Position numbers and translations under genes: made by a program. Shown here piece by piece: positions 1 through 12,030 of a stretch of 62,000 bases of DNA. Under the pieces are notes generated by a model that was not told the origin of the DNA, did no database searches, and was given only the letters and a program-made list of their open reading frames with translations. The stretch comes from Lama guanicoe (taxonomy: Eukaryota). The stretch covers positions 124,001 through 186,000 of the forward strand of contig MU054338.1 in assembly GCA_013239625.1 (NCBI GenBank), written 5' to 3'. Position 1 is the stretch's first letter, and each line of letters opens with the position of its first letter.

Positions 1-559
1 GGCGGAGGCATGGTCAAGGACCTAAGGTCAGCCCCCTCCCTTCCCACTGTTCCAGCCAGGGTACTTGGAAATCACGCCGTGCTTTATTTCCTCCCAGGGA
101 AACTGAGACTCAGAGAGGGGCGGGGGTCTGCCCGAGGGCACACAACGCGTACTCGGACCTCTCGGTGCCAGGCTGGGCTGTCTGCGACAGCCTCTGCCGC
201 CTTAGCCTGGGCCTCGGTTTCACTGGCTCTAAGCCGGGGCTGGGGCTGGAGGGTTACGGGCTCCTCCTGCATTTCTAGGGAGCCCTGTCCGGCATCAATC
301 CAACTGAACTCTTGGGCCTCAGCGTCGCAGGCCCGCCGGCTCCTCCATCAGCAGCCTCCTCGTCCCCCGCCAAGGCCTCAAGTGTTGTCGTCTCTGCACC
401 AGGGAACGGACTGTCTCGGTCACCCCAGGACCCAGCCTCCCGGACCCGGGCTGGTCGGTCCCCCTCCCCCTCCAGCCCCGCCCCAGGCAGGGCTGGCTGC
501 TGGGAAACAAAGGGAGGGAGCCGGGCTGGGGCAGGTGGGAAAGGAGGGGAAAGAGGGGC

Positions 560-780
560 GAGGCCACCCGGAGCCGGATCGATAAATCAGAGGGTGAGAT
601 CACTGCGCGGCCGCCGCCCGCAGACCCCGGGAGGAGGCGGTGATGTGGGCGGGGGGAGGCGGGGCGCGCGCGGCCGTGATTGGCCCGCGGGCGGGGCGGG
701 GGGCGGTGCTGCTGTCGGACGCTTTGAGCCTCAGGCCTCGGGAGCTATTGTGCCTCTGCGGTCCGGGCTGCAGAGGGCGT
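560..780. promoter_or_regulatory. CpG-rich promoter-like element; by synteny probably upstream regulatory DNA of SHC2 (gene expected left of the window)
   Basis: Dense CpG, GC boxes (GGGCGGGGCGGGGGGCGG ~688-706), GATTGG (reverse CCAAT) at 678-683. No SHC2 coding sequence recognised; the assignment rests on recalled human gene order. Confidence 0.35.
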
Positions 781-1004
781 GGCCTTGGGGGTCAGTGGTT
801 GGGGGTGACTTTTGTCGGGGTCTGGAGACCCCATCTGGACTCGTGCGTGTTCTCTGTCTCTGTTGTGGGTTCCAAACATGGGGACTGTGTGTGGGTTGGG
901 TTGTGTGTATATTGTGCGCGGATGAGACCGTGTGTGAAAGAGGAGGGAATTTCGGCTCAGCTGTGTGTGTGTGTCTGTATTTGTAAAGGTCCTGTTGTGT
1001 CCCC

Positions 1005-1170
1005 AAGTGTGGGTGTAGGGTGTCCCGGTGTGTGTCCAGGTGTGTGTGCAGGGGTCCTGGTGTGTCCAGGTATGTGTTTGTAGGGGGTCCTGGTGTGTCC
1101 AGATGTATGTATGTAGGGGGTCCTAGTGTGTCACCTAGGGTCACCTAGTCTGGTGAAGGGGGTGTGTCCA
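1005..1170. repeat. Degenerate minisatellite, ~30-33 bp unit
   Basis: Several imperfect copies of TGTGTGTAGGGGGTCCTGGTGTGTCCAGG. Confidence 0.7.
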
Positions 1171-1872
1171 CGTTTGGCACCCCCAGGCTAGGGAAGAGGG
1201 CAGTAGGAGGGAGCTGACAGCCACCCAGGACCCTTCTGGGTCCCATGTGCTGTGCTGCCCCTGGGGCCATCTCCTCCAAGGAGCTGTGGCACAGTCTGTC
1301 TTTCCCAGACTCCGTGGTTAGGGCCCTTCTGGGCCTGGGGTTTATAAGGTGTCCTCACACGAAGGGGTCCCTTATGTGACGTCCTCCAGTTGTTTCCTTC
1401 CTGTCCCTGTGACAGAACGAAGGCCAGGGTTTCCTTCCCAGTATCAGAAGGGCACTGGCCTTCATGGCGTGCCCTCGGACAGGCGTCTAGTCTCCCTGAG
1501 CCCTCCTTTCCCCCTCCGTAGACTTGACTGCCTCTTGAGTTGCTGTGAGGCTTAGACGATCTTTATCAATATCTGGAACACAGCAGGCACCTACTGATGG
1601 CAGGTATTAGACTACATCCAATTCCTATACATCCTTCAAAGCCCAGCTTCAGTGGCCCCTCTTCCAGGAATCCTACCTGGCAGGCTTCCCCACTCAAAGC
1701 CCTGGCTCCACCTCTGGTCTCCTCCAGCCCTGGGCCCCTTCTCTGGTCCCATCCAGATCCCTACGGACTGCAGAGCTGGGGGTCTGAATCTTGAGAGCTG
1801 CATTCAGGGTTCTCTCCTGTGACGTGAACAGACAAAGGGTGTGTGCTATGACAATTCTCGGTGCCGTGGAGA

Positions 1873-1878
1873 TTTATT
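1873..1878 (-). terminator. ODF3L2: Probable polyadenylation signal of ODF3L2
   Basis: TTTATT on + (AATAAA on -), ~420 nt past the stop codon. Confidence 0.6.
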
Positions 1879-2297
1879 GGCCAGCAGCTAGAGGATGGGG
1901 CTGAGACCAGGGCTGTGCTTCCGTGAGGAGCTGGGATGAGCCCAAGTTTGGCAGAAACCCAAGCTGCGCTGAGGACCCAGGCCCTGGTGAGCGGATGCTG
2001 AGTTCTAGGACACAGGAAGCTGCATCTCCAGGCAGCAGCTGGGGAGGGCCACCTGGCCTGGCCTGGTATGACCCAGAGAGGAGAAACTGGGACGCTGGAA
2101 GGAGGCTCACCCTGTCGGGGCCAAGGGGTCACATCCCCCAGGGACTGGAGAAGCAGGTGGCCTAGAAGGACCTCAGGCAGTTCAGAAAAGAACTGTCCCC
2201 AGTCCTCCAGCTGAAGCCGGGCCCAGGAGGGGCTGACCACACTGCACTTCACAGCATGGAACACTGAGCAAGCCAGGCATCCTGTCCCCTGCAGGCA

Positions 2298-2782
2298 TCA
2301 GGCTGTGGTGTCGGCGGCCATGGTGGTGGCCCGTTTGGAGTGGCGGATGCCCATGGTGAAGGCCGGGGCCCTGGCCTTGGTCACAGTGACCTGCTCGGGG
2401 CTGTGGGTGCCCGGGCCAGGCGTCTCCTCCGGGGGGCGCGGGGCTCGGGGCCGCCCCAGCATGGTGAAAGCGGGCCGGCGCTGGCGGTACGTGTTGGGGT
2501 CTGGGCTGTCGTACTGGCCAGGGCCTGGCATCTCAGCAGGGTCCTGCAGGGGGCGGGCAGCAGGCTTGCGGCCCACCACCGTGTAACTGGGGCTGCTGGG
2601 CTTGATGGAGATCTGGGAGCCCCAGAGGGAAGGCAGGGTGTAGGTGTTAGGGGCAGGGGCTGAGGTGTCCATGGGCTGTGGGCGGAGGCGGGAGCCCAGG
2701 GTGAAAGCTGGGGGGGTCCGCTGGCGCACAGGAGCCACCTTCTCTGGGCTGTAGGCCCCAGGGCCCGGCGTCACCTCCAGAC
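2298..2782 (-). CDS. ODF3L2: ODF3L2/CIMAP1D coding exon 4 (last), Pro-Gly-Pro (SHIPPO-type) repeats
   Basis: Acceptor TCTCACAG|GT at 2783/2782, phase 1; encodes [14 protein letters not shown]...[10 protein letters not shown]...[12 protein letters not shown]...MAADTTA*. Four exons total 837 nt = 278 aa + stop. Confidence 0.95.
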
Positions 2783-3254
2783 CTGTGAGAGTCGGGCAGG
2801 AGAGTTGGCATTGGCAGAGTCCTTACCCCCTCGAAGACCTCGCACAGCTCCCATGGCCATGTGCATCGTGGAGCTCGCAGCAGCCCTGAGGTGTTTCTTC
2901 TTCCCCGACCCCTCTCTGTTCTCTTCCAAGCCTCCAGCCTTTGCCCAAGTTCAGCCCCCTGCCAGGCATGCCTCCTGTTTCCCATTCCCACCTCCCAACT
3001 TCTGCTTCTCATCCTTTAAGATGGCCCCAAAGTCCCCACCCCCTGCTGCCTTCCCCACACCCTCCTTTTGTCAGAGCCCCACAGTCCTTCCCAGGATCCC
3101 CCTGGTGTGGGTCTATCCCCCTCTCCAGACATAGCCACACTGGGGTGGGATGATCCCCAGTTGGGTCTAACTCCACCACTGGACTGGGGTGTCACAAAAA
3201 GCAATGACATGTCAAATCTACTTCAACTCCCAGCAGTTGGCTTGATACATGTTT

Positions 3255-3935
3255 GAGTGAATGGGTGAGTAGAAGGATGGGTGGTGAGTGAATGAATAGA
3301 TGATGGATTCATGAACATGTAGATGGATTGATAGATGGATCCCGGATGGATGGATGGGTGGGTGGATGGATGGGTGGGTGGATGGATGGTTGGGTGGGTG
3401 GGTGGATGGATGGGTGGATGGGTGTGTGNNNNNNNNNNNNNNNNNNNNNNNNNNNNNNNNNNNNNNNNNNNNNNNNNNNNNNNNNNNNNNNNNNNNNNNN
3501 NNNNNNNNNNNNNNNNNNNNNNNNNNNNNNNNNNNNNNNNNNNNNNNNNNNNNNNNNNNNNNNNNNNNNNNNNNNNNNNNNNNNNNNNNNNNNNNNNNNN
3601 NNNNNNNNNNNNNNNNNNNNNNNNNNNNNNNNNNNNNNNNNNNNNNNNNNNNNNNNNNNNNNNNNNNNNNNNNNNNNNNNNNNNNNNNNNNNNNNNNNNN
3701 NNNNNGGATGGATGGATGGATGGATGGATGGAAGAATGGATAGATGGATGGGTGGATGGGTGGGTGGAAGGATGGGTGGATGGGTGGATGGATGGGTGGG
3801 TAGATGGATGGGTGATTGGGTGGGTGGATGGATGGATGGATGGGCAGATGGATTAATGGCTGGATTGGGTGTTGAATAGGGTAGTTTGGCAAGGGGATGA
3901 ATGGATGAATGGATGAATGATTGGATTGGTGGGTC
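3255..3935. repeat. (GGAT/GGGT)n simple repeat interrupted by an N gap (3429-3705)
   Basis: Direct reading of TGGA/TGGG tetramer runs. Confidence 0.95.
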
Positions 3936-4328
3936 CCTGGGTGATAGGTCAAAAGATGAAAGGGTGAGTGGATGGGAGGCTTGAATCGGGTAATTAAATC
4001 TGGTGCTTGAGGGGAGTGGACACTGCCTGGAGCCTGTGGAGGGGTTGCTGGTTTGCCACAATCCCCAGTGCTCCCTTTGCCGAGGATGAGCCCCAGCTGC
4101 CTTCGTGGTACCATGTGTGGACAGGTCACCATCACCATGGCCCACTTCCCCCGTTCAGGTACTCTCAGGGCCCTTGGCCCCTCTGCTGAGGCACTGGATT
4201 TTGTCACTCCAAAGACATGGAAGTCCTAAAGACTCGGGGATGGGAGGGGAGGAGAGGACAGAGGCACAAGAGTCGCTAAGACCCCAAAAGGGCAGATCCT
4301 GGTGGGGTAGTACAGGTCTGATACTCAC

Positions 4329-4442
4329 CCCGAGCCTTGCCCCGGCCCTGCATGGAGTAGGCAGGGGTGCAGCTTCGGCCAAAGCGGGTGACTTTCGGGT
4401 CCAGGAAGTAGACTGGCCCCGGGCTGGTCTCCTGCGGAGATA
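4329..4442 (-). CDS. ODF3L2: ODF3L2 coding exon 3
   Basis: Acceptor TCTCTCCCAG|TA, donor G|GTGAGT, 114 nt, phase 1-1; [38 protein letters not shown]. Confidence 0.93.
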
Positions 4443-5948
4443 CTGGGAGAGAAGCCCAGGGTCCTGAGGGCCCCACCGGTGCCCCTGGATAACCCTGAGG
4501 CACTTCCACCTCCCCCCCAGACACACACACACCCCCCACCGCCCTCTCTGGGAGGGCAGGGACTCAGCTCACTGACCTGGGGGCCCCAGGTCTCTTCTTG
4601 ACTTTGTCTGGAAAAGTGTTGCTCTGTCCTCACAACCCCAGCTATCCTGTGGCTCTGTCCCGCCACCCTCTCCTGTGCCAGTGGCTGGGGAACCAGCTCA
4701 TGGGCCGTTAGAACTGCGCCTGGAGCTAGAGGAACCAGGCCCTGAGTAAGGGGCCAAGGAGCGCCCTTTCAGTGCTGGGGCCTGTCAGGAGTTGGGCCTC
4801 TGTGAGCCGGGTCCTTGGGCGGGCTGCATGGCATAAGCCGCCTCCTCTTCCCCACTGAAGGGGGTGGGCCAGTGGTGAACGTCATAATTGGGACCAATTA
4901 CCACGACTGTCACTGCTGCTGTTTACACACACTCCAGTGCCAGTGCACACATCTGAGTCTAGGAGGTTTACGTGCTCTGTGTGTGTATGCACACGTGACA
5001 CTGTGCACGTGCGTGAAGCATGCTCGTGGCAGACGAGCCTACCCCAACTCATGCCACTTCTCATCTCGAGGCCTTTGTCTGTGCTGCAAGCTCTGCCTGG
5101 AGTCCCCATCTTCTCAGAGGGGCTCCACCGAACTCCTACTCATCCTACAAAGTCCAGACCTCATGACTCTACCTCCAAGAAGGCTTCACTTGGGGTTCTG
5201 CAAAGTCTACACTAACAGCCACTACCCCCACCTCCCTAGGCTATCTGTCCCTCTGTCCCAGAACAAGAAGCAAGGAACCCAGGCTGGCCTCCCCAGTGAC
5301 AATGACTGTGGTGCTGATTCCTTCGTTTGTCTTCTGGGCCCCTCCCAGCTTCCCCAGTTTTCTCACAGTTTGTTTTGGGATTGTGGCTGATTCTGAAGGC
5401 GGGGAAGAGGCTGCACCTCCCAACAAGCTTCTGTCCACACAAGTCAAAGTCCTCAACAGGAAGGGCTCTTCCTGCCCCCACCCGGCCCGCGGGGACCCCC
5501 AAGCACTCTGCAGAGTGGGGTGAGGAGCGCCTGGGCCTCGCAGCCTGTGAGCGCCCCCCCTCTTCGGCTGCATACTCCAGGCCCTCTGCTCCTGAGCCCT
5601 GACTGGAGACCAGGCACCACTAATCCTGGCTTAATGACTGTCTCTAGGCATCCACCCTGTCTTTAATTCTGACAATTTGGCAAGTATTGTGCCCTCATTG
5701 TTGACAGAAAGGGAAACTGAGACCCAGCATGCCCCAGTCAAGCATCAAGTAATCTTCTAACGCACCACAAAACCACACACTGCTCTCCTTTCCCTAAGGA
5801 AACAGGGCCCAGAGAGGCACAGCCGCTTCCCTGACGACACACAGCAGGTGTTGCCTCACATCACACATGCTCCTGGGTGGGAGAATGGAGGCTGGGAGGC
5901 CCCCTCTCCTGCCCCTCCGATCCCTCACCCACCCTGCCCCAGCCTTAC

Positions 5949-6056
5949 TCTCGCTGGGCCTCCGGGAGAGTGAGTAGGCAGGACCTGCCACCCTGGTGCA
6001 GTCGTGGTTGACGAAGCCGATAGTGGACGGTAGGACATACAAGCCTGGCCCAGAGC
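5949..6056 (-). CDS. ODF3L2: ODF3L2 coding exon 2
   Basis: Acceptor GCAG|GC, donor A|GTAAGG, 108 nt, phase 1-1; [36 protein letters not shown]. Confidence 0.93.
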
Positions 6057-6858
6057 CTGCGACCAAAGCCTTCAGGTCATGACCCGGGGCCACACACCCT
6101 AAGAGATGGGGGGGATCCTGGGGCCCAGCCCCTAAGCCCCCACCCAGGTACCTGGCCACCCTCCATGGCAGAAGTGGGGGAGCAGAGGCTGCCTCCCCAG
6201 AGGGGGAAAGTGAGTGACAGGGGCATTATGAGTCAAACTGAGTCACAGGAAGGGGCTGCTGGCCAGCAGCCTCCCCCTCCCAGGGCACGTGGGGACACGA
6301 TCACAGGAGGGGTCACTGAGGTTGGACACAGAGATGTGGTCATGGGGGGGCGGGTACTGAGGCCTGGGCACAGAGGGGCGGTCACAGCTGTGATGCTCGG
6401 TGGCCCCTGTGAGAATGCTAGTGCCACAAGGGCATAAAACCTGTGTCCAGCTGCTTTGCTGCAGACAGAGAGGTGGGCCGGAGCCCTCAGCGAGCCCCAC
6501 AGTCGGTGTCGGGGGAGCTCGGCCCCCGGGACCCCAGTCTGCCCCTCCGCCTGCAGGCTCCCGGGGGCTCGGTGCTTGCTCTCTGAGGTCTCATTGCCAC
6601 TCAGTGCTGCGAGTGGGGCTTGCCTGCCCGTCTCCCCTCAGGGACCCTGCTCCTCTGCCCACTGCTGCCCCTCTGCCCTTGAGGGGCGCCTGGCCGGTGA
6701 GACCCTCAGCCCGTGCTGGGTGGAGGCATCCTCAGGAGCCCACGGGAGCACCCCGGCCCTGCCCGGGCCACAGGGAGGAGGACTGAGGCTGGGGCTGGGC
6801 CCCTGCAGGCAGCTGGGCTCCCCTACCTCCCCGGAGCCCAGGCCCCCCCGCCCCCTAC

Positions 6859-6988
6859 CGTTCTCCCAGGCGGCCAGCCTGCACGACCTCCGCAGGCCGG
6901 TGGTCTCTGGAACCTGGCACTCAGGGGCCCGCCGGCCTGGGGGTGCGGCTGTCAGCTGGGGTGTGGGGCCGCAGCTGAGGGTTCCCAT
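6859..6988 (-). CDS. ODF3L2: ODF3L2 coding exon 1
   Basis: GCCATGG start at 6988; [43 protein letters not shown] resembles the recalled human N-terminus MGTLSCDSTPRL; donor G|GTAGGG. Confidence 0.9.
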
Positions 6989-8049
6989 GGCAGGCAGCAG
7001 CCACACCTGGTGCAGGCTCTGGGCAGCAGGTCCCGGCACCGGCCCGGTCCTCATACGTCTGCCGGACTTGGCAGGGCCCTGGGCTCACCACCCCCTCCCT
7101 GGGCGGCACAGATGGCCCCTTGTCCCCCAGCCCAGCATCGTGGGGCCCTGGCCCAAGCAGGCTGGTCGGCGGTCGCTGGCCTGGAAGTGGGGCCAGGATC
7201 GAGTGTCAGCCAGGTGGCTGGACAGTCCGGAAAAGAATACGGTGTCAGCAGAGCAGGTCCCTCAGGAGCCGGCCAAGCTGGGCGGTCTAGGCCAGAGTGC
7301 GCCCCAGGGAGCTGGCACGGCCAACACGGCACCCACAGCCTGGCAGCGGGAGGGACTGGGCAGGTCGCGGGCAGTGCAGCCCCATTTCCACAGCTGGGAA
7401 AACTGAGGCATAGTACAAGTCCGCCACCCAGGGAGCTGCCACTCTGGGCCAAGAAGCATTCCTTCCTCCCCTCCTTCCTTCATCCACTAAGGACCTACTG
7501 TGTGCTAGTTTCTGTTTGGGATGGTGGGAACATGACAAGAACAGATAGAGGAGGACCTGATGTTCCAGGAGGGGAGGGAGGAAATAAACAATAAACTTCT
7601 TGATGGGCACATAGTGTCAGAAGCCCCTAAATGTTCTGCAAACACAGAGCCGGGTGGGGAGTCCAGGACAGTGGTGCAGATTCAGGTGACTGTTGGCAGG
7701 ACCCCTGCAGGAGATGGGAAGGCACCCAGGTGCAGGACAAGGGGAGGGCCTGCCAAGGCCCCATGCAGGGGTGAGAGCGGTGCTCAGGCAGTGGGGGCCC
7801 TCCAGGAGGACCCACTGCCTCAAGGACCCACTGCCTCCCAAAAGCCAACAGGGATTCGCTCCATCCTCGAGGATACATGGTGGAACAGAATTCAAAGTCC
7901 TGCCTCTTCCATGTACCCTTGTTTGTTGCTGTATTATCAGGCCCCTTCCTCTGCAATATTTTACCAGCTTTTTTTGAGTTATAATTCACACACCGTACAA
8001 CTCACTCCACAATGTAATTTTAATGCACGCTGTTTAAACTTTTTCAATT

Positions 8050-8176
8050 CTTTTTTTTTTTTTGGTGGGGGAGGTAATTATTTATCTATCTATATTTGGA
8101 GGAGGGGCTGGGGATTGAACCCAGGACCTCGTGCATGCTAAGCATGCACTCTACCACTTGAGCTATATCCTCCCCT
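8050..8176 (-). mobile_element. tRNA-derived SINE, camelid vic-1-like
   Basis: Reverse complement reads GGGGAGGATATAGCTCAAGTGGTAGAGTGCATGCTTAGCATGCACGAGGTCCTGGGTTCAATCCCCAG (Pol III A and B boxes), followed by an AT-rich segment and A tail. Confidence 0.85.
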
Positions 8177-8179
8177 CTA

Positions 8180-8560
8180 AACTTTTAAATCAAAATGTTA
8201 TCATCTGTGTAAAAGGTCATAAAACAAGTCTTAAATACTTCTATTGGAAAAGAAGAAAGATCTTAAAATCAATGACCTAAGGTCATTATTATTATCACCT
8301 TAAGAAACTAGAAAAACAACTAAGTGGAAAGAGTTAAAAAAAAAAGTTAGAATTGCATGAACTATAAGACTGTGCAAAGAATTATCAAAGTCCCCCACCC
8401 CCAGGTGGTTCTTTAAAATGATCAACAGACTTGAGAAGCCCCCAGCTGGACTGGTCAAGAAACCAGTGAGGCCAGTAAATCACAGCAGCAGCAGTGGAGG
8501 GAGGTTAGCACCCTAGAGCCACATGCGCAAGGGTCACGTGGACCACGTGAAGCCGCAGGC
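8180..8560 (+). mobile_element. Old L1 ORF2-region fragment
   Basis: A-rich sequence with AAAAGAAGAAAGATC...AATCAATGACCTAAG...CACCTTAAGAAACTAGAAAAA typical of L1 ORF2. Confidence 0.55.
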
Positions 8561-9100
8561 AGATATCGGCCTCCTGCTGAGTATTTACTCTGCCCTGATC
8601 ACTTTCTGTGCCTGCCCCGTCTTGTGTAATTGTCCCAGCGTCTCATCAGAGAGGTGCTGGCGCTAACCTGCTTCTGTGGTTACAGACAGGGAAACTGAGG
8701 ACCGGGGAGGGGGGTGTTGGCACAGGATCCTCTGACTCAAGTTTTAGGTCAAAGCTGACGATCAAGGGCTTCTCCCAGGTTCCAACTCCAGCTCAGCCTT
8801 CTGAGAGTGCTGGAGCTCCTCTGTGAGTTCCCGTTACCCTAGGATAAAATCCAAGCCCTCACTGTGCCTGCCGCAAAACCCTGCCCGGCCTGGTCCCCAC
8901 TTTCCCTCTGCTCTCCAATCCCCTAACCCTTGTGCACGGCACCGTGTCTTCCTACTCCTTGGGGTGGGAACCTCAGGGACTTTACCTGCCCTCTCTCCAC
9001 CTGGGATGCACTTTTCTACAGCCCAGGCCACAGCTGGCTCCATCGTCAGTCACTTGTGGGCCCTGACTCTGGACAAGCCCTTGCTTCCTTCCAGAAGGGC

Positions 9101-9213
9101 AGGAGGGTATAGCTCAGTGGGTGCACAAGGTCCCAGGTCACTCCCCAGTGCCTCCATTAAAGTCAGTAAATAACCCTAAGTACCTCCCCCCAAAACAAAA
9201 ACAAAAACCAAAC
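9101..9213 (+). mobile_element. vic-1-like SINE, internally deleted
   Basis: GGAGGGTATAGCTCAGTGG...GCACAAGGTCCCAGG...CCCCAGTGCCTCC...TACCTCCCCCC followed by a (CAAAA)n tail. Confidence 0.8.
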
Positions 9214-10456
9214 ATAACAGCAGAAGCAGCTCAACTCCAGATCCACGGACAGAACTGGGCACTGAGGAGCGGGTGAGAGACGGACACCCCACTTCTGTCC
9301 TCCTGCCCTACAGCGCCTCCCAGTGACCAACGCTGCACGCAAGTGCAGGAACCTGGGACCCCAGCCTGAAGTCGACCGAGGAGGGCCCGGGGCCAGCAGA
9401 GGAAGGAGGAGGCTCGGGCCCCGACCCCTCCCTAGGCCTGAGCCCCAGCCCAGGCTGCAGCAGCCAGCCACGGAGCGAAGACAGCTGGAGACACAGGTTC
9501 CACTGCCTCATTTCCCTGTGATGTTGGAAGGACCAGAACTAACACGGGTGGCAATGGGCTGGAGGGACAGACTAGAGGGGCAGCCTGAGCTCCTCCCACC
9601 TGCCACAGCCCGCCGTTGCCTCCACTGACAGCGCGGCTTCTGCAAATCACTTTCAGGCCAGAGCTCGTCACCTCCACCCAGCGAGCGGTATGTAATGAGA
9701 TGCTGATTAACTCCAAGACCATGCAAACTAGCCAAGTTTGTGATCCAGCCTGACACACTGACAGCGGAGGGCCAATGAGAGAACTAGGAAAAGGAAGCTC
9801 ACTGCGGGACATGAGCAGGGGGCTTCTGGCCCAGCCACGTGAGGTCCAGCTGCAGTCCTTGCCTGGGAAGGGGCTTCGAGGCTGAGCCAGTCACCCTGTC
9901 AATTCTAGCCCTTACCATAATTGTGAATTCAACCAGCATTCTGTTGTGTGCCAGGCACTTCGAGGTACAGGGAAAACAAGGGTGAACAAAGCACATAAAC
10001 CTCCTCTTTCAGCTTCTGTTGAGAGAGACAGGCAAGTAAGTTCACAGACTTAAAGGTCAGTAGTGCCTTGGAGATTGCAGGGGAGGAAGGGGCTGGAGGT
10101 GTGGGGAGTGCAGCTGGGGGACTCGCTGTTCCCCTAGAGCAGACACCTGAAGGAGGTGAGGAGAGAACCCAGCCCCGGGGACAGGTGGGGAGAGGGCACA
10201 CCTGGCAGGGGCACAGCAGGGGCAAAGGCCCTGGGGCAGCGCTATGCCAGGTGGGTGGGAGAAACTTCGGGGAGAAACTGTGTTGGTCGGGGTGGAATAA
10301 GTGACGGGGAAAGAGGGAGGAGGTGAGGGCGAGGAGGTGACGGTGGGTCAGGCCATGCAGGGCCCGGGGTGCGGGAGGTCTCAGACTCACCACCAGGAAC
10401 ACGGAAGCCCTGGAGGGCGGTGGGCAGAGCAGGGACGCGCCCCATTGGTGCTCACA

Positions 10457-10472
10457 GGCGCCCTCTGGTGGC
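10457..10472 (-). promoter_or_regulatory. Candidate CTCF site
   Basis: Minus strand GCCACCAGAGGGCGCC matches the CTCF core consensus. Confidence 0.6.
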
Positions 10473-11589
10473 TATAGGGAGAACAGGCCTTGGGCAGCGC
10501 CGGGAGTCGGGGCGGAGGGGACTACGCGGCTCAGGGAGGGGCGAGGTGGGGAGGATGGTGGCACAGGAAAGATGGGAGGGGTGATGGGGGGCAGACGGCA
10601 GGGAGGATGGGGACAATTGGGGGCCGAGGGGTGGTGGGGCCAGTCCAGCAGGGACGGAGGAGGGACAAGAAGCAGGTGGGTTCCGGGTGTATGTTAAAAC
10701 TAGAACAGGGTTTGCAGGCAGACAACATGGGGAGGGAGAGAACTGGAGAGTCTCCAGGATTTAGTCTGAGCCCCTGAAAGGATGGAGTTGCCCTTACCTG
10801 GGGGGAGCAGGTGCAGGAGGGGCATGCTTTAGAAGATCATGAGTTCAGTTTTGGAATCGTGGCTTTGGGGCCCCGTGGGAGATGCATGTGGACGCTGCTG
10901 GTCAGCCCACTGTAGAGGGTGGGTCATCTGTCTGCCACACAACCAACCCCCCCAAAACACGGAGGCTAAAACAACATGTGTTGATTATCACAGTTTCCCA
11001 GGGCCCGTGCAGCTGGGACCTCCAGCTCAGGCTGCCTCACTGGTGTTGGCCAGGGCTGGGGCTCACGGGGAGGGTCAGCTGGGAAAGGTCTGCTTCCCAG
11101 CCCCTCTCGTTGCAGGATTTACTTCCTTGTGGTTATAGGACTGGGGGCCAGTGGCTCTCAGCTCCTGGCCATGTGGCCTACCCTGGCCTAGTTCTTCACA
11201 GTCGGCTGAGGAGGACGTCAGGGTGCAGTTATGGGGGCAGCTGTCTTCACTGAGAACCTGGCCCTTTCCCATCTCCCGGCTTCCTCCATTTTTCCCGGAT
11301 CCATCTGTTCCTTCTTCAGTTGCTGAACGGTATTACTGCCCCCAAAATTCACTGTCTCCCTTCCTGCCCTGAAGCCCATTCCGACACAACAACCAAAGAG
11401 TCTCCCAAAATCACAAGTTGCCCCCATCCTGCTCACAAAGCCCTCCCCCGGCTCCGTCTGTGCCACGAGTGAACCCACACTTCTAACTTTGCCTCTGGGT
11501 TCTGGCTACGAAGCCAGGGGCTGCACTTCTTGGGCACCTACTGTGTACCAGGCTCTGTGCTGGGGGTTGGGGACTCGGGGGCAACCAAG

Positions 11590-11892
11590 ATGGCCCACAA
11601 GAAACAGAATGCAAGCCATGTGTGTAACTCTGAGCTTTCTGGTGGCCATGTCAAAAAGAGAAACAAGAAAAATTAATTTTAATAATACATTTTACTTAAG
11701 CCAGAATACCCACGATGTTATCATGTCATCATACAAAAGTTAGACACAGGGTATTTTACATGCTTTTCTTCGTGTTAAGTCTTCAAAATCAGGTTGTTCC
11801 GCATTCCCAGCACACCTCGGTCTGGACCAGCCACAGTTCAAACACTTGTGGCTGGACGTGGCCAGTGGCCGCTATAGTATACGGCGCAGATC
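11590..11892. mobile_element. hAT DNA transposon remnant (MER33/MER3-like); similar remnants at ~15500-15740 and ~23960-24240
   Basis: AGAATGCAAGCCA...AATTAATTTTAATAATACATTTTACTTAA...GTGGCCAGTGGCCGCTATAGTATACGGCGCAG resembles the recalled consensus. Confidence 0.55.
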
Positions 11893-11924
11893 TAGAGTGT
11901 TCTAGCCTAGAACCCACCCCCCAG

Positions 11925-12030
11925 TCCGGTGGTCCTCAACCTGGGCTGACTGTGCCCCCAGGGGACACTGGAAAACATCCAGAGACATTTTTGGTTGCCA
12001 AGATGGGGGTGGGGAGCAGGGATGCAGTGT
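11925..12030. mobile_element. MER20-like DNA transposon remnant; others at ~15215-15370, ~29100-29245, ~29460-29650
   Basis: GGTGGTCCTCAACCTGGG...TGCCCCCAGGGGACACTGGAAAACATCCAGAGACATTTTTGGTTGCCA. Confidence 0.6.

Noticed and set aside
10..1144. Several long ORFs at the window start as possible SHC2 exons
   Set aside because: None resembles the SHC2 sequence I recall; they are explained by GC richness and the GT-rich minisatellite.
3218..4207. 329-aa and overlapping His/Pro- or Gly/Trp-rich ORFs
   Set aside because: Translations of the (GGAT)n repeat read through an N gap.
6456..7594. 316-aa and 293-aa plus-strand ORFs
   Set aside because: Antisense to ODF3L2 exon 1, low-complexity Pro/Gly/Ala/Arg content, no recognisable domain.
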